From Octopus bimaculoides (taxonomy: Eukaryota): 39,375 nucleotides of DNA. Position numbers and translations under genes: made by a program. Shown piece by piece: positions 11,858-24,797 of this stretch. The stretch lies in contig NC_068981.1 of NCBI RefSeq assembly GCF_001194135.2, positions 24,798,854-24,838,228 of the forward strand, in the 5' to 3' direction. A model generated the notes under the pieces. That model was given only the letters and a program-made list of their open reading frames with translations. It was not told the origin of the DNA and ran no database searches. How positions within the stretch are numbered: the first letter of the stretch is position 1; every line of letters starts with the position of its first letter.

Positions 11858-12646
11858 GTATTGAATACGAAATTTTGTAAAGAGCCCAATATAATTCAAG
11901 TTGACAAAAATAGTTCAATAAATACATACATACATACACAGCTATGCACATACGCACACATATACATGTGTGTGTGTATAATTTCATATCAAGCAAAACG
12001 AGTTAAGTGATTGTGTAGTGTACTATTGGTTTCATAATATCGTTCTTTATGCTCTGTTTCACTCCACATAACATAGACGACAAGAAGACTAAATCGTCCA
12101 AAACTATTTTTGTTTCTTTTAAACTTGACATTCAAACACGTTTTTTCTTGCAATTGTAAATAATACACTGAAGTTACTTGTCAGGGGAGATAACTCGCTT
12201 CTCATGGGAAAGAGTTATTCAACTTTACAGTTACGGCAATTTTGGAAAAAAATATTTTTCGTAATTGACCTTACCATGAGAAATTAAACAGGGCCTGAAA
12301 AAAGTGGGTTCGCTAAACCAGTGGTTAGCCACATAAGTTATCAATACATATATGTTTGTGTATTTGGGTACGGCTTTATGTTTCATGTTAGCTGTTTATT
12401 CAGCCCGTATCCCTGACAACTTTTACGTTGTTCATAAATTTGATTGTACTTAATAGTCCTATCATCAGTAAATATTTTGGTTTCTGTAATTTTTAATGAT
12501 TAACACGACCAAATAATAACATTGATATGTGTGATCGTGTTTATGTATTTATGCGTTTGTGTGAGTTTGTATATGTGCGTAGGCGCAATTGCTGAACAGG
12601 GAACCTCTCTCAGCAGAGACCGGCTGATTCCAAAGAAAAAAAAGGT

Positions 12647-12687
<41 letters not shown>

Positions 12688-13319
12688 CATTAAAAGATAC
12701 AAGCTCTAATTCAGCTCCTGTGTTTTTCAGTGTTTCGGTGTAGGAAGCTGATCCAAATGCAAAAACTATTACTGCAGGAAATAAAAAAACCATCACACAC
12801 AGCACACATGCACACATGGGGGAGAAATGGATGGTTAAAAAATTTTTTAATGTATGGAATGTTATGTGTGTGTCTGTGAAAGAGAAAGAGAGAGCATGTG
12901 TGTGTGTGTGTGCTGGGTACACATACATAAACATATATACATTCTTATACAATTCATGTTATAACGTTATGCTATTGTTCTCCAGATACTGACTTTAGAA
13001 AACACATCCACACTCACACGCATACACACATACTGCTCACACATTCGCTCATGTATACAAACAGTCACATGTTCAATTACATATCTTCATGTTCATGACG
13101 TCTTATATATATATATATATATAATATACATACATACCTATGTATATACACTTTCTACCTCATATTTGTTGGAATGAATTTAAGAGCTGCAGCTCTGTTT
13201 CCGTGGGTGATTTTTTTTTTTTCTTCTTGTAAACTATTTTTGAAAACTTTTTCTAATATAATTGCTCNNNNNNNNNNNNNNNNNNNNNNNNNNNNNNNNN
13301 NNNNNNNNNNNNNNNNNNN

Positions 13320-13361
<42 letters not shown>

Positions 13362-13530
13362 ATGAAATTAGAAAAATATGAAAATTCTGGCAAGTTTAAT
13401 GCATTCCCTTAAACATGCAGAAAAGGAATGTTTCTTAATCTTTTTTTTGGGGGGGGGGGTTCCAACTACAAATGCTATTTCATATGTCACAATAGGTTTT
13501 TTCCTGGAACATGACGTTAATAAAGAGCAG

Positions 13531-13680
13531 CGATGATGATAATGATGACGATGATCATGTCTGTAATGATTGTGGTCATGATAATATTAGTGACTATGGT
13601 GGTAGTCATGATGATGATAATGACTGTGGTGGTGATGACGACGATGATGATGATGATGATGATGTTGGTGGTGATGTGAG
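13531..13680. repeat. Degenerate (GAT)n/(GGT)n microsatellite
   Basis: Directly visible. It explains the Asp-rich ORF 13511-13699. Confidence 0.9.
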
Positions 13681-14639
13681 TAGTGGAGAAGGTTGTTAAC
13701 TGTACTTGGGACTGGGTGCCTTTGTTATACGTAACTTTTTACTGCCTTCACTGATCTGAGTTTGAGCCTGCCAAAGTTATGGTGGGTAGGTAAGGCAAAG
13801 TGCGGCACAGCTGAATTTCTTTCTTTTTTTTTTTTTCATCCCCCCACCCATTCTTTTCTCTGAAATTATATGTCTCTAATAACGACGATGATGATGGACA
13901 CTGCCCAGTTGAAAAATGGTTAATTTGCTGGATCCCATATATTGTTCAGTAGCTGATATTTTGGATAACATACACATGCATGCACACACATATTTATATG
14001 GTCTTTTGTTATATAGTTGCCAAGTTTTCATTGCAATGATTGTGAATAGATTAAATAATGTTCGGTTAATATAACTGTCCTGCTTTTCACTCCATCTGCT
14101 TTCAGTGCTCTTTATTACCTGCAACGCATTGCTGTCAATTATTTTGTGTACATTTGTCAGCTTACACATTTCACAATTCCTTAATAGCAGCAGGATTTAT
14201 GCATTTGTTAACGAAGGAACCAACGTTTAGATTAGCTTTTAGGTGACCATAATGAGTAATTAGTAATGTTATGGTTATTTGTAGACATCAGAAAGAATGG
14301 AACAAACATTCGCCAAATCTAAATTTAAGGGAACACACACATACATACATACATACATGTGTGTATGTATGTTAGGTTGTATCTGTTAAGAATGTAGTAG
14401 AGTACAGTAGAAAGCTCGTCCAACTTCAGATTTTACCCAGTGCGATCCAATATTAGTATTATACTTACTGTCAGATTTGCATTGAAGCTTCTGTAGTGTG
14501 TGGATGGCTGGAGAACTACATTGTATGGAAACAATTGTGGAGATTACAAATGGAAATGTTCTTTTGTACTCCTTCTTATTGACTCCAACTTAATCAATTA
14601 TGTATATATATATATATATATGTGTGTGTATGTGTATAT

Positions 14640-14796
14640 AGTGAGAATTTATAAAAGAACAAAAGATGAAGACGGGTGTGTAAACAACAAACAGATGTAT
14701 TAGTTTAATGCTCGGGAAGTGAGAAAGTCTTTTATGTTTCGAGCCTTTGCTCTTCGACAGAAAGGAACACAGAAATAAACCGGGAAAGAAAACAGA
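14640..14796 (-). mobile_element. Penelope-like element terminal fragment inserted in (TA)n, truncated by an N-gap
   Basis: Carries a minimal hammerhead motif followed by a T-rich tail and abuts a TA tract, the layout known for Penelope-like pseudo-LTRs. No protein evidence. Confidence 0.6.
14729..14764 (-). ncRNA. Minimal type I hammerhead ribozyme motif, variant core (U at position 6)
   Basis: Minus strand: CUUU [stem I] CUGUCGA A GAGC-AAAG-GCUC [stem II] GAAA CA UA^ AAAG [stem I']. Deviations are CUGUCGA instead of CUGANGA and ACAU instead of palindromic ACGU. Confidence 0.6.
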
Positions 14797-14926
14797 NNNN
14801 NNNNNNNNNNNNNNNNNNNNNNNNNNNNNNNNNNNNNNNNNNNNNNNNNNNNNNNNNNNTGTGGAGATTACAAATGGAAATGTTCTTTTGTACTCCTTCT
14901 TATTGACTCCAACTTAATCAATTATG

Positions 14927-14957
<31 letters not shown>

Positions 14958-14974
14958 GTATGTGTATATATATG

Positions 14975-15005
<31 letters not shown>

Positions 15006-16041
15006 GTATATATATATATATTATTTTTAGTCCATTTGATATAGTTACTATTAGATATTAATCATATTATGTTTAATATGCTGTTTGGAAATGGTTTTTG
15101 TCCCTGTTATTCTTTAGATGTTTTTTTTTCCTTTTCATATTTTGCTTCGTTCCCATTCTCTTGCCTGTCTTGTGTATTCTTCTGATTATTGTTAATGACA
15201 GAAAGTACTGCGGTTCTTATCAGAGAATGCAGCAAGTTCCTGTAAATACTCAGTGCATATTTATGTCCATTGCCATGCTTTACTTACTCAAAGACACATA
15301 ACAATGTACACATGCACACAAATTTAAATGTGACACTTACAAGCACTTTCAGATGTGGCCCCCATGCATTCATGTATCACATATGCATAGAATTCTTCAG
15401 CTGGTAGAATCTAACATTGTTCAAAAGTATAATAATTTTGTTTCGTTGTGTGGAAGAGATAAACTCTGGTATTTGGGCCATTAACTCTCTGGTTGCTAAC
15501 ACGGACTTCAACTAGTTTGGTTTGAGGGAGATTTGGCTGCTATTTCTATAGCAGATCCCCGACAGGCATATGCAGGCACTGGTTTTGGTATTGGTGTGTG
15601 ATGGTTGTTATTGGGCTCTCTGACATGATATGCAATAGGCAGGGGGTAGGTATGTATTTTGCATCATGTATAAACCCCCTTATTAATTTCACAATGTTTA
15701 ACCATCACAGCCACCACCACAACTACTGTGCCTAGTTAAAAACTACTATACTACTACTACTAAAAATAATAATAATAATCTTTGTCCTTATTCTTAACAT
15801 CACAATTGTCATGGTCCTTCAAAGCTTTCCTCCATTATGCTCACAAAGGTTGAAACGGGTCTTCAAAAGTTTGCTCTTTCTCCAGCTGTAAATCGTTCTC
15901 CAACATAATGTATATTGGTTTATGTTCTTGTTCTTGTTGCTGTTTACAAATCTAAAAGTTGTTCCAGTCTTTTTGTTATATTTCTGTTCAAGCATTGCTC
16001 GGTTTTCTGTCTTTAAAAACCCCAAAATATAAAAGGGAAAT

Positions 16042-16076
<35 letters not shown>

Positions 16077-16174
16077 GATATGTATATATATATGTGTGTG
16101 TGTGTATATATGTATATATGTGTGTGTATATATATATATATGTATGTATATATATAATATATATTTAATACATA

Positions 16175-16223
<49 letters not shown>

Positions 16224-16233
16224 NNNNNNNNNN

Positions 16234-16277
<44 letters not shown>

Positions 16278-16331
16278 AAATATTAGGGGAATAATTCAAT
16301 TTAATTTATCAAAATTAAATTAAATTTCACA

Positions 16332-16469
16332 ATATGTAATTTAGAGAAAAAACCGCAATTATTTAAGTCATCCATGAAAATCCACAATCACATATAAATT
16401 TTTCTATATGTGACTGGATTTTCATGGATGATTTAAATAATTGTGGTTTTTTTTCTTTAAATTATATAT
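16332..16469. repeat. Long inverted repeat (foldback): ~65-bp arms, 8-nt loop, flanked by (TA)n
   Basis: Arm 16332-16396 matches the reverse complement of 16405-16469, with four substitutions and two small indel regions. Confidence 0.92.
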
Positions 16470-16620
16470 ATATATATATATGTTTGTGTATATATACATT
16501 TCAGTATTCAATTAGAGTATTACACTTTCAGAATGCTTCATTAACTTTTATAAATATTTCCATAGTATGTCTTGGTTAGAAGTCTTAGTGCTCATACTGG
16601 TATTAATTGTTGATGTTGTT

Positions 16621-16834
16621 GTTGCTGTGATTTAGTCCTTAGGTCAAACCTGATCAAACAGACCTGATGATCCAAGGTGATCCAACCTGGATCATCCCAT
16701 TGTTTTACGATGATATGGGGGGGGGGCTATGTTATGTAATGTCTGTTTCCCCTTATCTAAGACATTAATGTTTGGTTGGAGGGATAGTTGGCTACTCTTG
16801 CTAGTACGTTGAGTAGCCACGTCAGAGCTCCCTC
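16621..16834 (-). mobile_element. Dispersed repeat family F, second copy
   Basis: Similar to 9270-9531; ends in gctccctc. Confidence 0.55.
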
Positions 16835-16877
16835 ACTGGCTTATGCTGGTAGTGATGGTCATTATGATTGCTGCTGC

Positions 16878-16908
<31 letters not shown>

Positions 16909-17444
16909 ATTAGGCTCTCTCTCTGTCATAACAGGCAATGGGCAGGAATAAATATACGTGTCTTATGTCAGAAAAAAAAAAAAACCCTCATTAATTCACA
17001 GTGCTTCCTGTGGACATTCCTTTCTTTGATATCCAGTTCTGCGAATAAAGGCAGTATTCGGTTTTGGTAGCATGAATTATATTACCAATCATCATTGGCA
17101 TTCTTTGCATTCTCCTTTCCTTTTCCGAACTCCAGTCTTCTGTTCTACTTCCCCGAGGTTTCCCAGATCAAACACAGGTCTTTACGTTATGTCAGTATTA
17201 ACTGTGTTTTTACTACTATTAGTAATAACTAGTTGTGGTAGTTCATTAACATGATAGTATTAGTATTAGTAGCATTAATACTTAACTAGTGCCATAAACT
17301 ATGATTCAACTTCAGTGCATACATATACATTTAATTACACACACACACACATACACATATAGATATTATAATACACATATCCACACGCATCCTTATATAT
17401 ACACATTGGTTGTTTGCTTCTCTGGGATTGGTTAAATTGATGTA

Positions 17445-17486
17445 GACATCTCTGATGAGGGCCCGATAAGGTTTGAAAATCAATGA
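17445..17486 (+). ncRNA. Decayed Penelope-type hammerhead motif
   Basis: CUGAUGA (17452-17458), stem II GGGCC/GGUUU with three G-U pairs, GAAA (17475-17478), then AUC. The stem III spacer is one base short and stem I is imperfect. Confidence 0.4.
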
Positions 17487-17887
17487 AGATTGTTCATCAT
17501 TTTCCAATCTATGAAGAAATACTTAAATCTGTCCTGTTTATATATTTGCTATCCAAGTTATGTACATAATTATGTGAACACATGTACTTACCGATAATAT
17601 TGAGAGAGAGGAAGAGAGTGATGAAAGCCTAATAAATGTTTGTGCATAAATATGGTTGCATGTGTATGGTATGCACATGTGAGTGTATGACTTTGCATGC
17701 ACCCACAGACGTGCGTGTTGTGAAACCCCTCCACTCACTCCTTACTGATTTTGTGTTGAAACCTTAATCAGTTGTCTCCTGTGCAATCACAGATTTTATC
17801 TGTGTCAACCAAAACTTGATGTGGAAGGTATTTTTTTTCCACACAGACTATCAATTATCATACATACATACATACATACATACATGT

Positions 17888-17937
<50 letters not shown>

Positions 17938-18118
17938 ACACACAAGAGATCCTCACATAATGTACATATATAAAAGCTGCAATATTTATAATTTGTTTGG
18001 ACAGTATGGTGCATTTCCAAATAATATTGGCTGAGCAAGTTGTTATGGTGATCATCTGTAGCCTCTTTTTCTCTCTCTCTCTTCTAAATATATATATATA
18101 TATATATATATTTGTGTG

Positions 18119-18153
<35 letters not shown>

Positions 18154-18166
18154 ATATATATATATA

Positions 18167-18229
<63 letters not shown>

Positions 18230-18789
18230 NNNNNNNNNNNNNNNNNNNNNNNNNNNNNNNNNNNNNNNNNNNNNNNNNNNNNNNNNNNNNNNNNNNNNNN
18301 NNNNNNNNNNNNNNNNNNNNNNNNNNNNNNNNNNNNNNNNNNNNNNNNNNNNNNNNNNNNNNNNNNNNNNNNNNNNNNNNNNNNNNNNNNNNNNNNNNNN
18401 NNNNNNNNNNNNNNNNNNNNNNNNNNNNNNNNNNNNNNNNNNNNNNNNNNNNNNNNNNNNNNNNNNNNNNNNNNNNNNNNNNNNNNNNNNNNNNNNNNNN
18501 NNNNNNNNNNNNNNNNNNNNNNNNNNNNNNNNNNNNNNNNNNNNNNNNNNNNNNNNNNNNNNNNNNNNNNNNNNNNNNNNNNNNNNNNNNNNNNNNNNNN
18601 NNNNNNNNNNNNNNNNNNNNNNNNNNNNNNNNNNNNNNNNNNNNNNNNNNNNNNNNNNNNNNNNNNNNNNNNNNNNNNNNNNNNNNNNNNNNNNNNNNNN
18701 NNNNNNNNNNNNNNNNNNNNNNNNNNNNNNNNNNNNNNNNNNNNNNNNNNNNNNNNNNNNNNNNNNNNNNNNNNNNNNNNNNNNNNNNN

Positions 18790-18886
<97 letters not shown>

Positions 18887-20846
18887 CATATTTCTGTTTA
18901 TGGTGAGATGTTGGAATATAAGATCTAAACTATATATTTTATCACTATAGGTATTATTTACTCTCACACACACACGCACACACACATGTTGTATTGAAAA
19001 TATGACTATGTTCTAATTTAATATTTCTTTAAAGATTCTTCACATCTCCATATTGGACCCTTACAAAGCTCCCAAATTCATCTTTACCAATGTTTCCAGC
19101 CTATCTCAGCCTGTTATTTACAATGTGGGTTAATTTCAGCTTCTGTGCTGCCATTTCTTATGGTGGCCTTGTATGTTTTTGGGCCTAGAAACCCAAACCA
19201 CTCTACATCCTGAAGGTAAAGCTGAGATAGTCTGGAAATTTTGATGAAGATGAACTCAAGAACCCTTTTTTTTCCTGAGTGAACTATAAGAGTCTGATAT
19301 ACAAATATGAAGAAACTTTGATAAAATAGATTTAAGTTATAACAGTCATTTTTCAATACAACCAGTTCAAAGTTGTTCACCAAGATACAAATATATATAT
19401 ATATATAATGTATAGATATGTAGTTGTATGAGTAGGTAGGCATATATATCTGTTCATAAGCATACATATGCATTTTTTTCTTTCACAAAAATACATAAAT
19501 CTGCCCATACTAACTCTATAGTATAACATCATTATCCAAATTTGTACAGAGTTGGTATCTTCATTGTTAAGTCGAGAAATTGTAAATATCTGATCGGATA
19601 AATCCACATTGATCTAATATATTAGCTGCAGATACCTACATGTATACACATGAAGCACTACCCCAGTGTTCTCTTAGCCATGATGGCTAAAACTGATTAA
19701 GGAATAGACCTAAGTACATACATACATACCTACATATTTGCGTACATACATATACATATTCAACCAATATTTGTATACATGTTGAACGTGTTTTAAACAC
19801 TTCACACACTCACTCACACACACTTACTCACAAGTGCATATATGCATATATACTTTTGATTCGTTTTTGTGTCTTTGACACAAAAATTCCCAAATTCTTT
19901 ATAACTTTCAAAGTATTCATCGCACTTCATTTTAATTCTCACTCATGCAGCAACATTTGAACTGAGGTTGCATACACATATGGCGCGCACATGCAACAAT
20001 CCATCCAGAATTACACGGGTATTTATTGATGTACAAGTCTTTATTTTTTTAAACATTTTATTTCTAAACTGTTTTTTTTTTTTCTTTCTTTATTTTACAA
20101 ACACTTTCGGTGTTAAATTATTTGGATATAATATTAATTTGATATAAATATCATTGTAAATCCCTCCCCCCCATCTTCAGTAATATCATAAACAAATTCT
20201 TAATGATAATAATATCGATGATGGTGATGATGATAATAATAACGATAATAATAATCATCATCATAATCAGTGGTTTTTATGGCTGCTTTTTTTGTTCTTG
20301 CCTCTATAGTTTAGATGGGTTTGTAAATCAGAAAGCTTCTATGTTTTATGACCCCTGATTCTTAAATGCTTAGAACATCACTAATAAATTTCAGGCTCAT
20401 TTAGCCCACTCCATTCGTTTTGTGCTGTTCTATCTACATTATATTTTTGCTTGTGGTTTTCGACTGTCGCTTCTTCTTCTTCTTCTTCGACAACGAGGCA
20501 ATCTCTCTTATTAGTTCAATTTCTATTCAACTATTGCGATGATGGTGTGATCTACACATTAAAGTTCTGTCTGAAACAGAAGTAAGATTATTTTCTAAAT
20601 CATTTCTAATATTTTACACTTACTAAAAGGCAGTAGATTGGTCAGAATGGCCGAACGTTTGGATTACTTTTTTTCCCCTTTCCTTTGTTTACAATATTTG
20701 CTGTATTTACTTGCACGTGCGTTACACCTCGAATTTAGTATTAAATCCTGCTACAAATTTTTCTCCCTCCCTATTCAAACTTGATATAAACTTACCCCCA
20801 GTTTTTTTACTTAAAATCAAATATAAAATAGTGTGACTTACACATA

Positions 20847-21240
20847 GGCGTAGGAGTGGCTGTGTGGTAAGTAGCTTGCTTACCAACCACATGGTCCCGG
20901 GTTCAGTCCCACTGCGTGGCGTCTTAGGCAAGTGTCTTCTACTATAGCCTCGGGCCGACCAAAGCCTTGTGAGTGGATTTGGTAGACGGAAACTGAAAGA
21001 AGCCCGTCGTATATATGTATATATATATGTTTGTGTGTCTGTGTTTGTCCCCCCAACATCGCTTGACAACCGATGCTGGTGTGTTTATGTCCCCGTAACT
21101 TAGTGGTTCGGCAAAAGAGACCGATAGAATAAGTACTAGGCTTACAAAGAATAAGTCCCGGGGTCGATTTGCTCGACTAAAGGTGGTGCTCCAGCATGGC
21201 CACAGTCAAATGACTGAAACAAGTAAGAGAGTAAAAGAGT
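20847..21240 (+). mobile_element. SINE family C, full length (tRNA head, CORE-like domain, internal microsatellite, LINE-derived tail)
   Basis: A-box tggctgtgtggtaag, B-box gggttcagtccc, and ctgcgtggcgtcttaggcaagtgtcttc resembling the CORE-SINE motif (octopus OR-type CORE-SINEs are known). Ends gactgaaacaagtaagagagtaaaagagt. Confidence 0.85.
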
Positions 21241-21436
21241 AAGCAAATATGGTAGTCATATCCCGTCTTATGTTCTGAATGTAAATCTCAACCATCAAGA
21301 TTCCTGCCTACTTCTTCTTTGATCCTCAGTCTCGGTCTCTCGGGGTCAATGTCCTTTCCATGCTCTCTGGGTCAATTCACTTAAATACATTGCTTGCTCC
21401 CTAAGCTTTTGTTTTAACATTTCACCGTTTTTTTTT

Positions 21437-21650
21437 AGGGTGGTGAGCTCATAGAATTGTTAGTATACTGGAGAAAATGGTAAGAATTATTTCCTCCAGC
21501 TTTACACACTGAGTTCAAATTCCACCAAGGTCAACTTTGCCGTTCATCTTTTTGGGGTCGATAAAATAAGTACCAGTTGAATACTAAGGGTCAATGTAAT
21601 TGACTGTCTTTCTTCCCTAAAATATCAGGCCTTGTACCTGTAGTAGAAAA
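21437..21650 (+). mobile_element. SINE family A
   Basis: gggtggtgagctcatagaattgttag head, gagttcaaattcc B-box, and standard body and tail. Confidence 0.85.
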
Positions 21651-22285
21651 TAATGTTATTGCACCTTGTAAAGTTAGTTGAATGGTAGAAACAGCAGACC
21701 TTCAGATTAAATGCTTTACAGTGTCTATGGTCATCCCTCTATATTTTAAGTTCTTGGCTTACCATTTCTTCCAAGTTTGCTTTAAAAATAAAAGAGAAAA
21801 AAGACATCAGACTTGTTCCTAGTTTGGTTCAATTGAATGAATACTTTCCAAGGAAATTTGTAACCTTGTATTATTTAGGAATTTTTTTTTTATCTGTCTT
21901 TTAAGCTCATATTATTGAACTGGTAGACACAAATCCTTCATCCTATTGTTCCTTTAGAGTTAATGGAAAAAAATGTACCAGTAATATATTGTGGGTGTAG
22001 AGGATTCAACCAACTTTAACTGTTCTATCACTTAGTTCAAAGAATAATCAGCATTCGTTGTAATATCGGTGTTGCAGTTGATGGTGGAATGCTAGGTTTT
22101 ATAAAATGTCTTAACAGTATTTTAATTTGTTAATCTGTATTCTGAGTTCACATCCCACTAGGGAGGGACGATGTTCAGCTCTCGTACTCTACTGGGATCA
22201 TTTCAATACCCTTCCCCTACATGAATTGACCATGTCCTAAACAACACTTCTCCATACACCACTCATAAAACATTATTATTGGGAT

Positions 22286-22497
22286 TAAGTAGCAAAAACT
22301 TCCGAATCGTTTACATGCTGGATAAAATGCTCAATGGCGTTTCATCTGTCTTTAGGTTCAATTCTCACTGAGGTCAACTTCGTCTTTCATCCTTTCGGGG
22401 TTGACAAAATAAATACCAATTGAGCCCTGGGATCAATGTAATTGACTCGTCCCCCCACACACCCAAATTTCAGGCCTTATGTCTATAGTAGAAAAGA
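22286..22497 (+). mobile_element. SINE family A
   Basis: Decayed head; gaggtcaacttcgtctttcatcctttcggggttgac body; aaatttcaggccttatgtctatagtagaaaag tail. Confidence 0.82.
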
Positions 22498-22862
22498 TTA
22501 TTGATTGATCTGTAGCAAGGTCTTGTGGCATTTCATTACATCCCATTATATTCTGATTTCAAATCCTGCCAGAATCAAGTCAGCTTTTCAAAATTCCCCC
22601 TAAAATAATACTGTACTGTCTTAAAATCTATATATAAAAAAAAAAAAATCCAAAACCTGAAAAAAAAAAATGTATATTTCTATGTGGACATAGAAGTCCA
22701 TAAGGTGTGCCTTACCCATGCATGCATATGTTTTAAATTTTGGGCAAGCTGGAGTCTACAATTGCGACATCGTTTTAAATGATAATAATCATAATGATGA
22801 TATAATATAATAACAATTATAACATAAAATAATGTTGTTTTTTTTTTTAAATCAGAACGTAA

Positions 22863-23079
22863 CCCATTTTGATACCGACCTGCCTGAGACCACCCTAATT
22901 CTACAATAGATACAAATTTTAAGTGATCTAAATTAAAATATGTCAACTTTTTATGTTAGTTTATGTCCTAAACACTAACTTAATGATAACAAATGTTATT
23001 TTACTAAATTATTCATTATTCTGAAAGTTAATTGAAACCGAGGCCGTGTATTTCAGTAGAAATATGGGTAACAAAAGAG
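22863..23079. mobile_element. piggyBac-like MITE (~217 bp)
   Basis: GTAA|cccattttgatacc ... ggtaacaaaagag|TTAA gives imperfect ~14-bp TIRs starting CCC/CTC with a TTAA-like target duplication. No coding capacity. Confidence 0.55.
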
Positions 23080-24285
23080 TTAAAGCATTTATATTTTTAA
23101 GCTATTCTAGTTTTGATTTCTTGTTGCAGAAGGCATGAAAATTTTAACATCCCTCAATTCCATTTTGAAAAAAAAATCCACAAAAAAGAAAAAAATATTT
23201 AAATAAACATCATGTGTGTAGCCATTCATAAGAAAGTATTATTAGATAGTATGCCAATGAGGAAGATCACTTGATCTACTGAATATTATAACCAATTTCC
23301 CTCAAATCACTGTGCTGCTTTCAACAAGGGAAGAGATAATAAAAAATGTAGTTCTAGTTTTTGAAGAAACCGGGTTTATCACTGATGGAATGCCATTAAT
23401 TATGGGTTAAACGACAACAAAACATCACTAAATGGAAAAGTAGAAGTGAAGAACCGAATTCACTATCTTATGTTATCCAGTTTCATCTTGTAATGCTGTA
23501 AGTGTAAATCCCTTTTAGGTTGATAAATTAAGGGCCAGTCTAGTATTAGTGGAAAGAGTATTGAATCAACTCCACAAACCTCTCTGAATTAATAACAGTA
23601 ATTATCATCTACATTTTTATCACCATCATCATTTTTGTGTCAGTTTTTTTTTTTTTTGTGCTGGCATGGGTTAGATGATTCTTATTCTTATTCGTGTAGT
23701 TTTTCTATGACTGGATGCTCTTCCTGTCATCAATTCTTACTCGTTTTTTTCAAGTGAAATATTTATTCCACTGATTCTTTCTCATACATGAAAAGTAGTG
23801 AATTTGCTGAACATTGGAGCTTTTGTATACTGAAAAATGAAAGCATGATTCAAACACATACACATATACGCACACAAACACACACACATGCATGCATGTA
23901 TATANNNNNNNNNNNNNNNNNNNNNNNNNNNNNNNNNNNNNNNNNNNNNNNNNNNNNNNNNNNNNNNNNNNNNNNNNNNNNNNNNNNNNNNNNNNNNNNN
24001 NNNNNNNNNNNNNNNNNNNNNNNNNNNNNNNNNNNNNNNNNNNNNNNNNNNNNNNNNNNNNNNNNNNNNNNNNNNNNNNNNNNNNNNNNNNNNNNNNNNN
24101 NNNNNNNNNNNNNNNNNNNNNNNNNNNNNNNNNNNNNNNNNNNNNNNNNNNNNNNNNNNNNNNNNNNNNNNNNNNNNNNNNNNNNNNNNNNNNNNNNNNN
24201 NNNNNNNNNNNNNNNNNNNNNNNNNNNNNNNNNNNNNNNNNNNNNNNNNNNNNNNNNNNNNNNNNNNNNNNNNNNNNNNNNNNNN

Positions 24286-24324
<39 letters not shown>

Positions 24325-24797
24325 ACATACATTATTAAAACAATTTTACAATAATCTGAGGGGTTACTCTATACTTTTATACAATACAGATTTATTCTTA
24401 AGAATATTGTCAACCTTGACATTCAAACTTCCAGTCAGTTAAACCATTATTGGACTGCCAATGATGGCTTAACTGGTCAAAATTTTGAAGTCACTGTCAG
24501 CAATATTCTTGTTTAAGAATACACACGTACATGCATGTATGCTTATACATTTATCAAAGTGTTAGAATTGTAAAATATATGATTCTAATATAGTGTATGT
24601 TATATAGCGTCCAAACATTATCTGATAAGCCATTCAACACTTGAGAGTAGAGAGCAAATGTAAGTTTATCATATCAGAAAGTAAAAGTTTATTGTTTATT
24701 TAAGTTTCACCTGACAGCTGGTCACAACTGATGTGTTTAGCCATAGACAGAACTCGAATAAACTGTTACCTTTTGATATAATAAACAGACGTATATA

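Noticed and set aside
15103-15240. Minus-strand K/E/N/Q-rich open frame after an acceptor-like site
   Set aside because: The composition simply mirrors a T-rich plus-strand tract.
19035-19215. Complex unique segment with splice-like borders on both strands
   Set aside because: Stops occur in all three frames on each strand between the splice-like sites, and there is no recognisable motif.
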